Shown one piece after another: positions 1 through 13,105 of a DNA stretch of 64,000 bases. A model generated the notes under the pieces. That model worked only from the letters and a program-made list of their open reading frames with translations, did no database searches and was not told the origin of the DNA. The DNA is taken from contig NC_058368.1 of the NCBI RefSeq assembly GCF_018350175.1, positions 197,906,001 to 197,970,000 on the forward strand, in the 5' to 3' direction. The translations under genes were made by a program, and so were the position numbers. Each line of letters starts with the position of its first letter. The stretch's first letter is position 1. This DNA is from Felis catus (Eukaryota).

Positions 1-2911
1 TTTGCTCAAAATAGATCCTCAAATATCTGATGTATGAACATCCATCATTCTTTCCATTATTCCAGAGGCATCCAGTAGCTTCAAGGCTGCTAAGAACCAT
101 TTCATGGTCCTATGAGCACTCTGTTTGCTATGGCAGCACTCAATGATCTTAGCAACGAGCTTCTAACCCTGACAAAAATGCAGTCCAATTTTAATCCATA
201 GGATTAAACACAAAAGAAACAGCTATCTGCACCTACAAATGCCTCAAGGAGACTATTAACCAGTTTCAACCAACCCAACCATGGATGAATTTCCCAGCTA
301 GTATATTTTAGCACACGCTTCACTTTTAAGGATCTGGACAACTCTAACCTTTCATGAACACCTGTTCTTGATTTTCATCCTTTAAGCACAAATCTTTCGT
401 AGCCTTCCTCCCCCCTTTTTTTTCTCTACCAAATCCACACCACTAGCAATTTATACCCTCTTCTTATGATTCCACCTTTTGCTGTTCCCTATTATTTTGC
501 AAGCTGTGATTTTGTGGGAATCAGGTTTAGTAGCCTCAGTGCACAACCTGCACTTGAAGTTTTAAACGAAACAGACTGCACCTTAACTTTGAGTTTATAG
601 AAGTTCACTTGTTTAGAACTCAGAAAAAGTACTCACAGGTATGATTTCATACATTATGCAGAGATCAGGTGCCCAGCAAGCCCACAAAAACCTATTTAAC
701 TTATAGTATGCGTTAACACTAACTACTGAAGGGCCTAAATTAGCAGCACTAACAACATTTTAGGTGAAATTATGTACATCATTTTCCATATCGTGCCTAG
801 AGTTGAAGACTTAGTCATGCAGCTACCTACTTGACAGCAGGTGGAGTAGTGACTCCCCTGCCTTAAGCCTCTGGTGGGGGACCCGTGAAGATGAACACTA
901 GGGTAAAAGATAAGATCTCCATCCTACATCCAGGGGCTTAACAGTCAGGACCCACAGCCAGAGGAAAGCCATCAGTCCTCTCCTCCTCCAAGCAGGTGCC
1001 CCTAGAAATATCCAGGAGATAAAAAGATTCCTCATTAAAGGACTCATTTATTTTGAGTACTATCACCACTCCAACTCTACAGAGGACAACAAAATTATTT
1101 CAATGAAGGTTGGCCTCATCTTCCATTTCAGTGAAATACTAGCCAGGCTATGCTGAGAGAAACAGAGGCCTGGTATCCCTGTATGAGAAGAAAACACCAT
1201 GCGAGACCAGCAAAATCCAAGTGATGATGCTGTCTCTCTTGTAGGTGCACTCTCTCTTCTTAATAGCTTTTCTTTTAGTGGGATGAAGGATAAAAGCAAG
1301 TGAGAATAGAAAACTAGACTTCCACGTCTTGGGTTTCCTCCTACCCCTATATCCAACATATCGTCATTTGCCATTTGAGAAACTCAACGAGGTAGGAAAG
1401 GTGCAAAGCAGAAGCAGGTTAAACGGAAAAGAGGAAAGGAGGGAAAATCCTATTATCAACAGTAGGTAAAGATGAAGCAATGATGCGGGCCTAGCAGAAG
1501 AGTCACAGAGGGTAAGGGAGAGGGAAGTATAAGTAACAGGTGAGTAACCATATGTGAAGAATATATTTTGCAGCACCAGGTGTTATTTCTAGGGTTAGCA
1601 AGTTCTGGAGGCTCAGGCTTTAAAATGTTATTCTGACACAAGTACAAAATCCCAGAATGTCAAAGCTGAAGGGGCCCTCAGAGACCACCTGGTCATGCAG
1701 TTCTTAACTTTTTGTGGGTCACAAACCCTTCTGGGACTATGGTGAAAGCTGCACATCTTCTCCCCAAGAGGAAAATAAAACATACCCAGACTTGTGCATG
1801 ATGAATTTCATATGCAATCTCGGGGACTTCACAGACACATCAAAGCTCATCCAGAGGTCTTTACCTAAGACTAGCTCCTCAATTTTCAGATGGACAAACA
1901 GAACCAGGGAAGAGAAGTCAGTGGCCCCAGAATATGTATTAAGTGTCAGGATTTCAAGCTGGGATTCGGACTTCCCAGCCTACACCACACCTACATCAAG
2001 TCAGGCTCCGGACCTCGGCTGTTTCTCTGCACTCCAGAGCCTGGCCACTGCTCTGAGATGGGCTTCTGGACGCTCTGACAGAAATGCTGCTGACCGCACC
2101 CTCCTCCACAAATCAGGGTTTGTGATCCTTCTAATGTAGGCTCCTACTCAACAGCCCTCAGCAGTCCTGGGGATGCTATATTCTGTGGCTGGCTGTTTAG
2201 CAGACCTTAGCTACCAGAAGCATCTTTTTCATCCTGGAGGTGCAAGTACGTTCCAAGTAGTAAACCCGAGTTGTCTGTGTGTATTCTTTAAGCCAGGGGT
2301 CTTGCTGTAATACACTTTCTCTTAGGTCTGCTCTTCTTCCAGCCTGTAGGTTCAAAACTCCTTTCTTCCCAAACAGAACTACACTATCCTCTACTAATTC
2401 AGTTCATTCTCTTTGCTCCCAAATTTACCCCTCTCTTTTAATCCTTGACCCTCAAGGCTATCTCCACCTCTTACGAGGAAGCACCAACATTTGCTTGCTT
2501 GCAAAATCAAGTTCTTTTCCTTTTAATCCTCTATTAAGGATTAAAACCTCTGGAGAGGTTTTCACACTATTCACAATTCTGACAGTTGCTGGTATCTATA
2601 AAAGTCCTGTATCAATCCACTCCTTCACTCCCTAAATGTCACAACTAAAAATCTTCCTAAACCTGTACCATCTCGCCAACATCCTCCTCCATCCCTGACT
2701 TACTCTACTAATTACTCCTTTCCTCAGATCACACGAGGCCCTCCCGGGTATGTGTTTTATCTCTTATTAACACACTGGACAGGGCAAAGATAAACCAACT
2801 TACCTTACAACTAAACAGAAAACTTAAGAGATCTCTTCTTCTATAAAATTTTCCTAATACTGAACCAATTCTTCATTCTGTATCTAAATAAGAATTCCAT
2901 GGAGAAACTCC

Positions 2912-3130
2912 TTTTTAAAAAAAATTTTTTTTAATTAATTGATTTACTTTGAGAGACAGAGAGAGCGCAAGCAGGGGAGGGGCAGAGAGAGAGAGAGGGA
3001 GAATCCCAAGCAGGCGCTGCACTGTTAGTGCAGAGCCAGATGCAGGGCTCGAACTCCAGAAACTCTGAGATCATGACTTGAGCTGAAACCAAGAATCAGA
3101 CGCTTAACCAACTGAGCCACCCAGGCGCCC
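2912..3130 (-). mobile_element. Can-SINE (tRNA-derived, felid type)
   Basis: Typical head GGGCGCCTGGGTGGCTCAGT, (CT)n tract and A tail; TSD gaaactcctt. Confidence 0.95.
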
Positions 3131-4899
3131 TGAAACTCCTTCTATTCTTGATTGCTGCTGTCCGTTCATCCGTCTATCTCCTCATTCACTTACTACCTAC
3201 TAAGTGCTAGATGGTGACGGAGTCGTTCTTCCTGTGAAACGTAGCCTTAGAATGCAGTCTTAGTCTTCATTGCCCTCACTAAAAATACCTTTCTCCCATT
3301 TAAAACTTCCCAATGTCCTCAATCATCCCACCTGGTCAGGGGCTTTCCTGCCCTTCAGGTTCTAATGCCTTTCTTTATTGGCTTCAGCTTGCTCGTATCA
3401 AAACAATCTTGCGCATCACTTAATATGACCCCATTCCTAACATCATAAACATTCTGTGTCTACTACCTAGGATAGTCTCTCTTGCCTAAAGAAATGCCAC
3501 ACCACACCCACCAAGCTGGTCCGAAAACAAACACAAATGGAATTATAGTGTCAAAAGGGTCTAGGAATCATCCAGTCCAACCCTTCATCTTCCAGATAAA
3601 GAAAAGTGAGGCCCAGAGATGTAAGCTGGCTTGTCCAAAGACACAAAGTCAGAAAGTACCAGTGCTTAAGCAAGGATACAGGTCCTGAACTCCAGTGCAA
3701 GACCAATTTTAGTTTTACCATGTCACTTCACCTTACTGAAACCGAGGTTTTTTTCTTTTTTTTTCCCCATGCTATGGCTTAGTATCTTTTCCACTAAAGT
3801 GTGTACCTCCAGGCACACATTCATTTAAACAAACACACACGAAAAAGTTATTCTTTGCCCTGAGAGAACATAAGAATCACAGCACTACAAATTTTAAAAG
3901 CAGGGGAGGAGCCTTAGGGATCACCTAAACCAGAAATTGTCAGAAGTTAAAAATTAGAAGCGCAGACATGTCAATCTATAGGACTACACAATGTGTAGCT
4001 TTCCATACCCCATCTCTTTCCTCTCCCAGAAAGTCATGGCCTTACAAGAGCCATTATTTTACTCTTCAGTTATGCTCAGAGTATGGGAAGGAGGATTACG
4101 AACCCGTAACCTAATCCTACGCTCTCATTTGCCAGATGAGAACTCTCGAGTCAAGAGAGTCAGAAGGGATTTGTCCAAAGTGCCAGCAAGTTAATAGCAG
4201 CTTTAAGAGAAAAAACGAGGTCTCCCGTTTTTCGCACAGGGGTGTTCTCACACTGCGGGTATAGATGCATAGACCCAAGCCATCAGGACAGAGCTTCCCA
4301 CTGCACAAGAGCCTTCCTAAGTACCCAGGTGCCCTCGGCCAGTCTGGTGTCTGGAAAGAAACACGGTAGTCGTCTCTTATCAGTCAACTCCAGGCTCTAC
4401 AGGAGACAGGGAAGACAAGCTTTTCAGGTCTGTCTCTAAGGAAAGACTCCTTTAAAGGGAGTTGAGAATCTGATTTTCAGAGCTAAGAGAAGCATCAGAG
4501 GCAACCAACACCTTCACTTGACAGATAAGCAAACGGTGCTACGGAGAGAGTGATGGGCCTGGGCAAGGTCACACAGTTGAGTCGGTGGACGGGGTAAGAC
4601 CAGAATTTGAGGCTCCTGATCCTAGGGCTGGCTGCCTCTCAAAGACGTATTCATTGCGTCCTGCTCAGGGACACCCCCTCAGTACGCTGACTACAGGGCT
4701 TCCTTAATTTACCGGTTGAAACACTGACAACGTAAAAATCGTAGAATTCGTGACACCCGGGGTGGGATGGGGGTCCCATAGGTTGTCCAGGCCAACCCCC
4801 CAGTCCGCCCCTATCCTGAGGAAATCGAGACCCAGAGAGAATTTTGTAGGCTAGAATCTTGGGCCAGGTGTGGACAAGGTAAGCAAGCCCCGCAAACAG

Positions 4900-5460
4900 G
4901 GCCTACAAGGCCAAGCACCACAAATCCAATCCCTGCTCTCCGGGACGCTCTAGGCCTGAAAGGGGCCCGAGACCGAGAGCCCAGGCGGTCGGGAGCCCGG
5001 GAGCCCCTATCCGGCCGCCTCCGTCCCGCCGCCCACACCCCCGGCTCTGCGGCCCGCCGCCGGTCCCCGGGCCCTCTCGACAGCCGCCTCACCTACGCCG
5101 GCCCTCCGTCTGTTATTGTGGTTGAGAGGGAGGGAGAAACGCTACAGACACTTCCCGCGGCCCCCACCGCCGCGGCGCTTCCGCTTCCGCCGCCGCTCAG
5201 GCATTTCCGGGGGGTTGCCTTCCGGGGCTGGGCCCGCTCCCCTTGTCCATGTTGGGTGTGGGACGCAGGCGTCTAGTCTCGGCAGCCATGTTACGCGTGG
5301 CGGTTTGTGAGGGCGCTGGCGTCAGTCCATCTTTACCCGGACGGCGTCGCCGCGACGGAAGCGCCTAGAGTCTGACGCCGGGGAGCAGGGGGTGGGGAGG
5401 CGGCGGGGAGGAGGCTGTCAGGACCCTGTGGTTTGCCCCTCGCTCTGCCCGTGCCTGGCG
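4900..5460. promoter_or_regulatory. FBXO38: CpG-island promoter, probably bidirectional, of FBXO38
   Basis: Only large GC/CpG-rich stretch outside the L1. ETS/GABP-type CGGAA(G) cores at 5178-5189 (tandem), 5204-5210, 5219-5225 and 5356-5361. YY1-like CCATNTT at 5247, 5286 and 5327. Gene name inferred from the remembered SPINK7-SPINK9-FBXO38 order. Confidence 0.8.
5093..5200 (-). other. FBXO38: Non-coding first exon (5' end approximate); intron 1 runs off the left end of the window
   Basis: Strong donor CGTAG|GTGAGG at 5093/5092 inside the CpG island. No ATG-led ORF. Orientation matches the SPINK genes, as recalled for human. Confidence 0.7.
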
Positions 5461-6675
5461 GTCTCTGATAAGCCTTTGGACCTCGTGTTGCCATTTGCAA
5501 AACGACTGCATTCCAAAAGAGAATTTTCCAGAATTCGTCTAGCTAAAAAAAAAATTTTTTTTTTTTTGCCGGCGGGTAGGGTGGGAGGAGTTGTGGGGGA
5601 AAGTTAACGATGTTACTGTTAGATTAGTTTTTCTCTACCTTGGGGACATTGTTTCTGCACATAATGAACAGTATTTTACAGTTTCTAAAAGGGTCGCGTA
5701 TGAGTGTCTCATTAAGGACTGCCTAGCGCTCTCACATACGGGCAGGAATCAGTGTCTTTGTTTAATGGCTGAAAATTACCCTCAGAGAGGTTAATATCAC
5801 ACAGGTGGACTGAAACCCAAATTTTTACCTTCCAGATCCCACGTTCTTGCCTCTGCATGCGTGTGACTAAAATGAACTAAAATACCTACATTACAATAGA
5901 TACAAATACCTTTCAGGAAAGCTAGTGTGCGTTGAAACCGTAGGAGATGCAGTTTGACCAGACACGGGGCAGACTAGACGATTCTGCTGCAGAAAGCACT
6001 GAAGATGGACAAGGTAAACAAACTTGGGATGGGTGGGGGTGGGGGGCTTCCTGCTCCTTGCTAGTCTTTTCTTAATACCGAACCTGGTGTCTTCTCTTTC
6101 CCTACTACGGTTTGGCATCACAGGTTTCAGCTTGTCTTGGCAGACACAGTTCTTGCTGGGTGCCATTCCATGTGTTAAAACCGTGTGTCCTGATTTAGGG
6201 CTCTGGGAAGAAAAAAACAAGACCTCGTTCTATTTGTACACTGTTCATCTTAATCCCGGCTTTCGTATTGCATTCTTCCTGTAAGTGGAAAGTAGTTGCT
6301 TCCGTCAGTTTCTTTCGTATTTGAACTGAAACACAAACACAAACCGTGGCCTTTTCGGTGTTCTGGATTGTCTAGAAAAACATAGGAATCCTATATGGAA
6401 GTGCCTAGCACTGAGCCCGGCATAGATACAAGGGATCCAATAAAGTTTACTTCAGTGCAAATGGGATGACTATTTGAATATATTCCTTCGTTTGGTTAGC
6501 ATTCTTCCTGTGGCAAAAAGTACCATGGTGGGACTAGAAATACAAATAAGATTATGTTTCCTACTTCAAATTTAGAAAGGAGACAAAAGCATAACTACAT
6601 AAATGCTAAATAGAGATGTTTGTTGAGTGCTATGAGTGCCTGCTGTGTATAATTAGACATCAAAACTAGTTTAGT

Positions 6676-6894
6676 GGGGCGCCTGGGTGGCTCAGTCGGT
6701 TGAGCGACCGACTTCTGCTCAGGTCATGATCTTGCAGTTCGTGAGTTTGAGCCCCGCGTCGGGCTCTGTGCTAACAGCTTGGAGCCTGCTTCGGATTCTC
6801 TGTCTCCCTCTCTCTCTGCCCCTTCCCCGCTCATGCTCTGTCTCTCTCTGTCTTCCAAAAATGAATGAACATTAAAAAAAAAAAATTTTTTTTT
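6676..6894 (+). mobile_element. Can-SINE
   Basis: 14-bp TSD aaaactagtttagt at 6662-6675 and 6895-6908. Confidence 0.95.
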
Positions 6895-8063
6895 AAAACT
6901 AGTTTAGTTTTAACATGTGAAGGTAGAACATATGCATCCCTTCAGCTCCAAGATTTTTCTGTTCCTTAGTGATACGGGTTTTTATTAGAGTCCTGAGCTA
7001 GTGTGCCCTGCTCTCCTACAGTGGCATTTTCAGAGGTGCTCTGACCTCTACAGGGAAATCTGCCCTACACTCAATGGCCCTAAACCACTGAAGGGTTTTT
7101 CTTTTTGAATTAAATTTCCAAATGCCTCTACTTCTCATAGTCTCGTAGGTTCTAGCACCAACCTCTCTTCTCCCTTGAAACTTCTTAGGCCCTTAGACAA
7201 GGGCCTAGCATTTGTTAGAAGGTTTAACACTTAAGAGGACAAGCCCTGGTTGGGGAGAGGGGACAGGGTTTGTTCAGGGCCACTTCTTATGGCTATGGAG
7301 CCTGTGTGACACACAACAGCAGGAGGGTACCGTGCACATCGGGGTCATCCACATTACCCTTGGAGTTGAGTAATGTGGTAGAGCTCAGCTACGAATTTAA
7401 ACAGGATTTTTTGAGAAGCATATCCTTTTTTACAGCTGTTTTAACTGAGAAGCTGTGTATTCAGTGGTCAGAATGCAGGCTTTACAATTTTAAAAGTTTA
7501 GAAAGATCTCGTTCAAATGTGAGTTCCTCTGCTTACTGGCATAGAGACTATGAGCCAGCATTTCAGCTCTCAGCTTCAGGTTTCTCCAGTAGAAATGGAC
7601 ATCGTTATAGTACCTACATAACAAACCACTGCAGAATTTAGTGGTTTAATACAACTTGTTATGATCTGTCATGATTCTGTGGATTGACTGGGCTTGGTTG
7701 GACAGTTCTAGCTTGGGGCCTCTTACACTCTTGCAGTCAGACGTTAACTGAAATTGCAGTTAGCTTCAGGCTCAAATGAATGTCATGTTATTGGCAATTC
7801 AGGCCAGAAGCCATGTAGGGACTTGCCTAGAGCTCTGCATCAGAGGGCTTGCACATGGTCTCTTTCTCTAGTTTGGGTTTCTCACAGCAAAGCCATTGTG
7901 CCCTGATAGGGAGCTCTCAGAGACAGAAAATGCAGAGAGTGAGCTGTTCTAAGCAGCTAGATCCCAGATCTAGCCTTGGATCCCAGACTTCTGTCACAGT
8001 CTATTGGTCAAGAAGACACTAAGCCAGCCTAAATTCAAGGGAAGAAAAATAAGACTCTACCTC

Positions 8064-8294
8064 CTTTTTTTTTTTTATTTATTTTTTTAACGTTTATTTA
8101 TTTTTGAGACAGAGAGAGACAGAGCATGAACGGGGGAGGCACAGAGAGAGAGGGAGACACAGAATCGGAAGCAGGCTCCAGGCTCTGAGCCATCAGCCCA
8201 GAGCCCGACGACGCAGGGCTCGAACTCACAGACCGAGAGATCATGACCTGAGCTGAAGTCAGCTGCTTAACCGACTGAGCCACCCAGGTGCCCT
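8064..8294 (-). mobile_element. Can-SINE
   Basis: Full felid SINE flanked by agactctacctc. Confidence 0.95.
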
Positions 8295-8307
8295 GAGACT
8301 CTACCTC

Positions 8308-8544
8308 TTTTTTTTTTTTTTTTTTTTTAATTTTTTTTTTTCAACTTTTATTTATTTTTGGGACAGAGAGAGACAGAGCATGAACGGGGGAGGGGCAGAG
8401 AGAGAGGGAGACACAGAATCGGAAACAGGCTCCAGGCTCTGAGCCATCAGCCCAGAGCCCGACGCGGGGCTCGAACCCACGGACCGCGAGATCGTGACCT
8501 GGCTGAAGTCGGACGCTTAACCGACTGCGCCACCCAGGCGCCCC
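8308..8544 (-). mobile_element. Can-SINE (young, CpG-rich, long tail)
   Basis: Full felid SINE flanked by gagactctacctctt. Confidence 0.95.
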
Positions 8545-8740
8545 GAGACTCTACCTCTTAATTGAAGGAGTGGCAAAGAATTTGTGGCCATCTTTAATTT
8601 ACCACACCACCTCATTTGTTTATTTTTAATTTGGGGAGGGGAACATGTGTAGATTTTATTAGTACAAGTATCAGAAAGGAAGGCTGGTAGACCCAGCAGT
8701 ACAGTTTTTTGAGTCTACACATGAATGATTCTTTACATGT

Positions 8741-8959
8741 TTTTTTAAATGTTTATTTATTTAGTTTGAGAGAAAGAGAGAGAGAATGCACACATGCATG
8801 AGCAGGGGAGGGGCAGAGAGAGGAAGAGAGAGAGAATCCCAAGCAGGCTCCACACTAAGCATGGAACTGATGTGGGGCTTGATCTCACGACCACAAGATC
8901 AAGACCTGAGCTGATATCAAGAGTCAGATGCTTAACTGACTGAGCCACCAAGCTGCCCC
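8741..8959 (-). mobile_element. Can-SINE (older)
   Basis: Diverged head and tail; TSD tacatg-tttt. Confidence 0.9.
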
Positions 8960-8974
8960 TACATGGTTTTTTTT

Positions 8975-9790
8975 TTTAATTGTGTAAAAATACACGCAAC
9001 ATAAAAGTTACCATTTTAACCACTTTTAAGTGTAGAGTCCAGTGGCATTAAGAATATTTACATTTTTGGGGTGCCTGTTGGCTCAGTTGGTTAAGTGTCC
9101 GACTTTCGGCTTTGGCTCAGGTCATGATCTCACAGTTTCATGAGTTCAAGCCCTACCTTGGGCTCTGCACTGATGGTGCAGAGCCTGCTTGGGATTCTCT
9201 CTCTCCGCTCTCTCTCTACCCCTACCCCTACCCCAATTGCTCCCTCACTGTCAAAAATAAATAAACTTAAGAAAAAAAGAATATATTCACATTTTTGTGC
9301 AGCTCTTACTATCATCTACCTCCAGAACTTTTCTCATCTTCCCAAATTGAAGCTCTATACCCATTAAACAACTTCCTGCGCCGCCCCCCCTCCCCCCCAC
9401 CAGCCCACCATTCCACTTCTTGTCTCTAGATACCTAATATAAGTGGAATCATGTAATATTTGTCCTTTTGTGTCTGGTTACTTTCACTTAGCATAATGTC
9501 TTCAAGGTTCATCCATGAGGTGGTATGTATCAGAATTTCTTTTTTAAGGTTGAATAACATTCCATAGTATGTATATACCGCATTTTGTTTGTCCATTCAT
9601 CCATTGATGGGCATTTGGGTTGTTTCTCCCTCCCGGCTATTGTGAATAATGCTTCAGTAAACGTAAGTAAGCAAGTATCTTTTCTAGATCATATGGCAGT
9701 TTTATTTTTAGTTTTTCCATAGTGGCCGCACCATCTTACATTCTCACCAGCAGTGCACGAGGGTTCCGTTTCTCCATATCTTTGCCCTCG
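8975..9790 (-). mobile_element. Old L1 3' fragment containing a plus-strand Can-SINE at about 9067-9280
   Basis: L1 3' motifs (tttcacttagcataatgtcttcaaggttcatccat; cattcatccattgatgg); SINE TSD aagaatat...acattttt. Confidence 0.85.
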
Positions 9791-11651
9791 TTTGTGTTTT
9801 TGTGAGGTAACATTTGTAATCCACTTAGAACAGTACCTGGCATGCAGCAAAAACTCCACAAAACTTACCTGGTATTATTTGATTGTCCAGAGGCCTCTTT
9901 TCCTTCTCCAGTATAGTTGAAGTTGCAAGTGCTGAACCTTAGCATGTAATATTTCTGAAGTTCACTTTCAAAGCATTTTACGCTTTCCCAAGTTAATAAG
10001 GAAAGCCTATGAAAGGATGTTTCACATAGGTATGTGCATAGAGAATTGCAATTTCAAAACCCAACACAAGGTGGTAGATTAGGCAAAACCAAACCAAACC
10101 AGAACAAAACAAAACAAACCACGAAAGAAAGAATGAGAAGGAAGGAAGGAAGGAAAAGAGGGAGAAGGAAAAACCTGCATGGGAAGCTTTTGTAAGCATG
10201 AGCTCTGAGTTAAGCATTAAGCAATAAAGCCTTTGCTTTTTATTTTTAATTTGGGCCAAACTGCACCAGATCAAAGTTACGTCACAGGAAAGTGTAAAGA
10301 TTAAGGTCAAAACTTGGGAAACTCAACAAGCCGTCTTACAATGACTCGTATTGTGTTTTCCCTGTCACTACATCTAGTGCAGATCTTTTAGCCTGATCTC
10401 TTCATATGAGAGTAAAGAAGTTCCTCTTCAGAAAAGTGTTTGAAACGTCAAAAACTATTTACGATCCGCCAACATTTACTAAAGACTGCATGGGACCTGG
10501 GAATAAGACATCAGGGCTGCAGAGAGGACCAGGAAACAGTCTCTGCTGCTAGGCAGGCTGGGAGACATCATGTACAAAGAACAGTTCAGGAGAATGCCAC
10601 GATGCCCAGCAGCACAGCAGGCACTGAGTGAGTCTAAGCATTTTGCAGCTACACTGGAAATGACTGCAAACAACTCATTTGCACCCCCTATGGGCTTCTG
10701 TGTCACTACTTCTTAATTGTGTCTCTGATCATCCTGGCTCTAGCCTCTCCCCTGCAAAGTCTTACTTTTATTGTGTTTGTTTTGGTTTAGGTTTTGGATT
10801 CTTTTAATCATAATGTCACTCTACCAATCATTTAAGTACATCATCACATTTAATCCAATGAACTCTGGGGCCTACGTATCACTCCATTTTATAAGTAACA
10901 CAACTCCGGTTCAGAGAAGTTAAGTATTTTGCTAAAGGTCACACAGCTAGTAAATTGCAAAGAATCATTGTGAAATTTGAGCTGACTTCAAAACCCATAT
11001 CCCTAATTACTAAATTGTACAGTCATAATTTTTTCTCCAAGTGACAATCTGATTGATCTTCCTAAAGTATCCTATGGATTATGTCAATGGCTTCTTTGTG
11101 ATTGAATTTGAGTATGCATATGTAACTTGTTAATCAGACATCCAAGGCCCAGTACACATTGGTTGTAGTCTACCATTTCATTTTCGTTTCCCTTCACAGA
11201 TAGTATGTCCCAGCTGCACACAGGACTCACTGTTTCCCCTTGCCTGTCCTGTGATTCTCCCCCTCATCTTAGCTGAATGAACAGGTTACCTCCCTACAGG
11301 CAGAAGGTGAATGTCATTGAGGATTACAAGGAAAGAAATGGAAAATGCCAGCGAGCTGGGCCCATCTAGGCGAACCCAGTACTGGGACTGAAGTCAATGG
11401 TCCTTCGATTCAAAAGGTAACAGGGAGAGAACAGTTGTAGTTTTTAAAAGCTGATTGCATTTTGGTCCAGACATAGTTCATTCATTCATTCAGTATATAT
11501 TTCCTGAGTGCTTGCTCTGGGGCCAGGCATTGGATGAGGAGCAAGGAAACAATTGTGATGACAAGTGGGTGTGTTTCACCCTTCCGTATGGTAAGGGAAG
11601 ACAGACAAATAAGCATAGAGGTGAATCAGTTTCTCAAAAATAAACACATCA

Positions 11652-11820
11652 GGGGGTGCCTGGGTGGCTCAGTCGGTTAAGCAGCTGGCTCTTGATTTCA
11701 GCTCAACTGACCGCATGGAGCCTGCTTAGGATTTTCTCTCTCCCTTCCTTTCTCTTTCTCTTTTTTCCTCTCTCTCTCAAAAATAAATCAATAAACTTAA
11801 AAAATTAAAAATAAAAAATA
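11652..11820 (+). mobile_element. Can-SINE with internal deletion
   Basis: Head, shortened body, CT tract and A tail; TSD aaaaataaacacat. Confidence 0.85.
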
Positions 11821-12661
11821 AACACATGGAGGGTGGGCACACAGTAAGTTTTGTTGAATGAAGGAATTCATGAATGCATGGATAAATCTAATATACTCAA
11901 TTCTTCCTTTTAAGTGCTTCAATTGCTTGGCAAACAAAACCTTTCCAAATAAATAAATGTTATAATTCTATCCAATTAAACATATAAATATGGCAAATAA
12001 CAACTTACATAAACGTAAATATATATAGTTATATATTTATATATAGTTTATGTTAATATATAAATTAATAAACAAATTTATATAAACATAAATATGACAA
12101 ATGACAACTTCTCAGAATGCTAATAATATTTACAGTCTTAATAAATTCTTATTCTTTCAACTTAAAATTCTAAGTTCAAATCAATACTCAATTAAAAACT
12201 TCAAATTGGAATAAGGTTCATCCATCACATTCTTTAATATGCTAGATTTTCTTAAAATATGACAAATAGTTTAAATGCCAATTATTTATAGACTGTCTTT
12301 TAACACAAAATAGTAATATAGATATAATTTTATCTTCATTTTTATGTTCACATTTCATCTTTTGGGGATTATCAGACACTTAATCACGTAAAAAAATTGA
12401 TTTCTCATATCTGGGGATTGTAATTGCATATTGATAGGACTGGGTCCCAGCATTCCTTGCTTCCCACCCCCAACCCTTTTCCTTTTGACTGTAAGGACAC
12501 ATGACAGGGGAGGTAGCAGCCACTATCTACTCACGTAGATAGAGTCTGTGGGAGATGATGAAACCAGTGTGTAATTAAAGGCTAGCAGAGGGCATGGATG
12601 GATTCTTGGTATTGTTTAAGTCTGTGGCTACGCATGAATTAAGGCTACCCTGGGGAGGGGT

Positions 12662-13105
12662 GGGGGTGCCTGGGTGACTCAGTCATTTAAGCATCAGATC
12701 TTGATTTTAGTTCAGGTCATGACCTCATAGTTTGTGGGATTGAGCCCCATGTCAGGCTCTGCATTGGGCATGGAGCTTGCTTAAGATTATCTCTCTCTCT
12801 CTCTGTGTCTCTCTCTCCCACTCTGTCTCTCTGTCTCGGGGCTCCTGGGTGTCTCAGTCTGTTAAGTGACTGACTTCAGCTCAGGTCATGATCTCATGGT
12901 TCATGGGTTCAAGCCCCGTGTCGGGATCTGTAATGAGAGCTTAGAGCCTGGAGCCTGCTTTAGATTCTGTGTCTCCCTCTCTCTGCTTCTCTCTCTCTCA
13001 AAAATAAAAAATAAAATAAAAAATAATAATAATAAAGATTCTCTCCCTCTCTCCCTTTGCCCCTACCCTGCTCACTCTGTCTCTCAAAATAAAGAAAATA
13101 TTTTT
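12662..13105 (+). mobile_element. Nested Can-SINEs (inner copy about 12838-13033 in the CT tract of the outer copy)
   Basis: Two heads and two tails; aagatt-tctc-ctctc is repeated either side. Confidence 0.85.

Larger units (their letters stand above)
7600..8606. mobile_element. Old MaLR (MLT1-like) LTR interrupted by two SINEs
   Basis: Recognisable MLT1-type blocks (acaaaccac...agtggtttaa; ggcaaagaatttgtggccatctttaat...ccaca). Subfamily not determined. Confidence 0.65.

Noticed and set aside
1063..2635. ORFs of 100-140 aa in FBXO38 intron 1
   Set aside because: No similarity to any protein I recognise and no coherent splice structure; partly overlap old repeats.
6687..6875. Recurrent MAQSV...TSAQVMI ORFs (also at 8098, 23030, 32542, 40203, 47188)
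   Set aside because: Translations of Can-SINE sequence, not genes. The SINE heads are tRNA-derived but are not tRNA genes.
11930..12350. Very AT-rich stretch
   Set aside because: Low complexity with no repeat unit or coding signal; probably a decayed old repeat.
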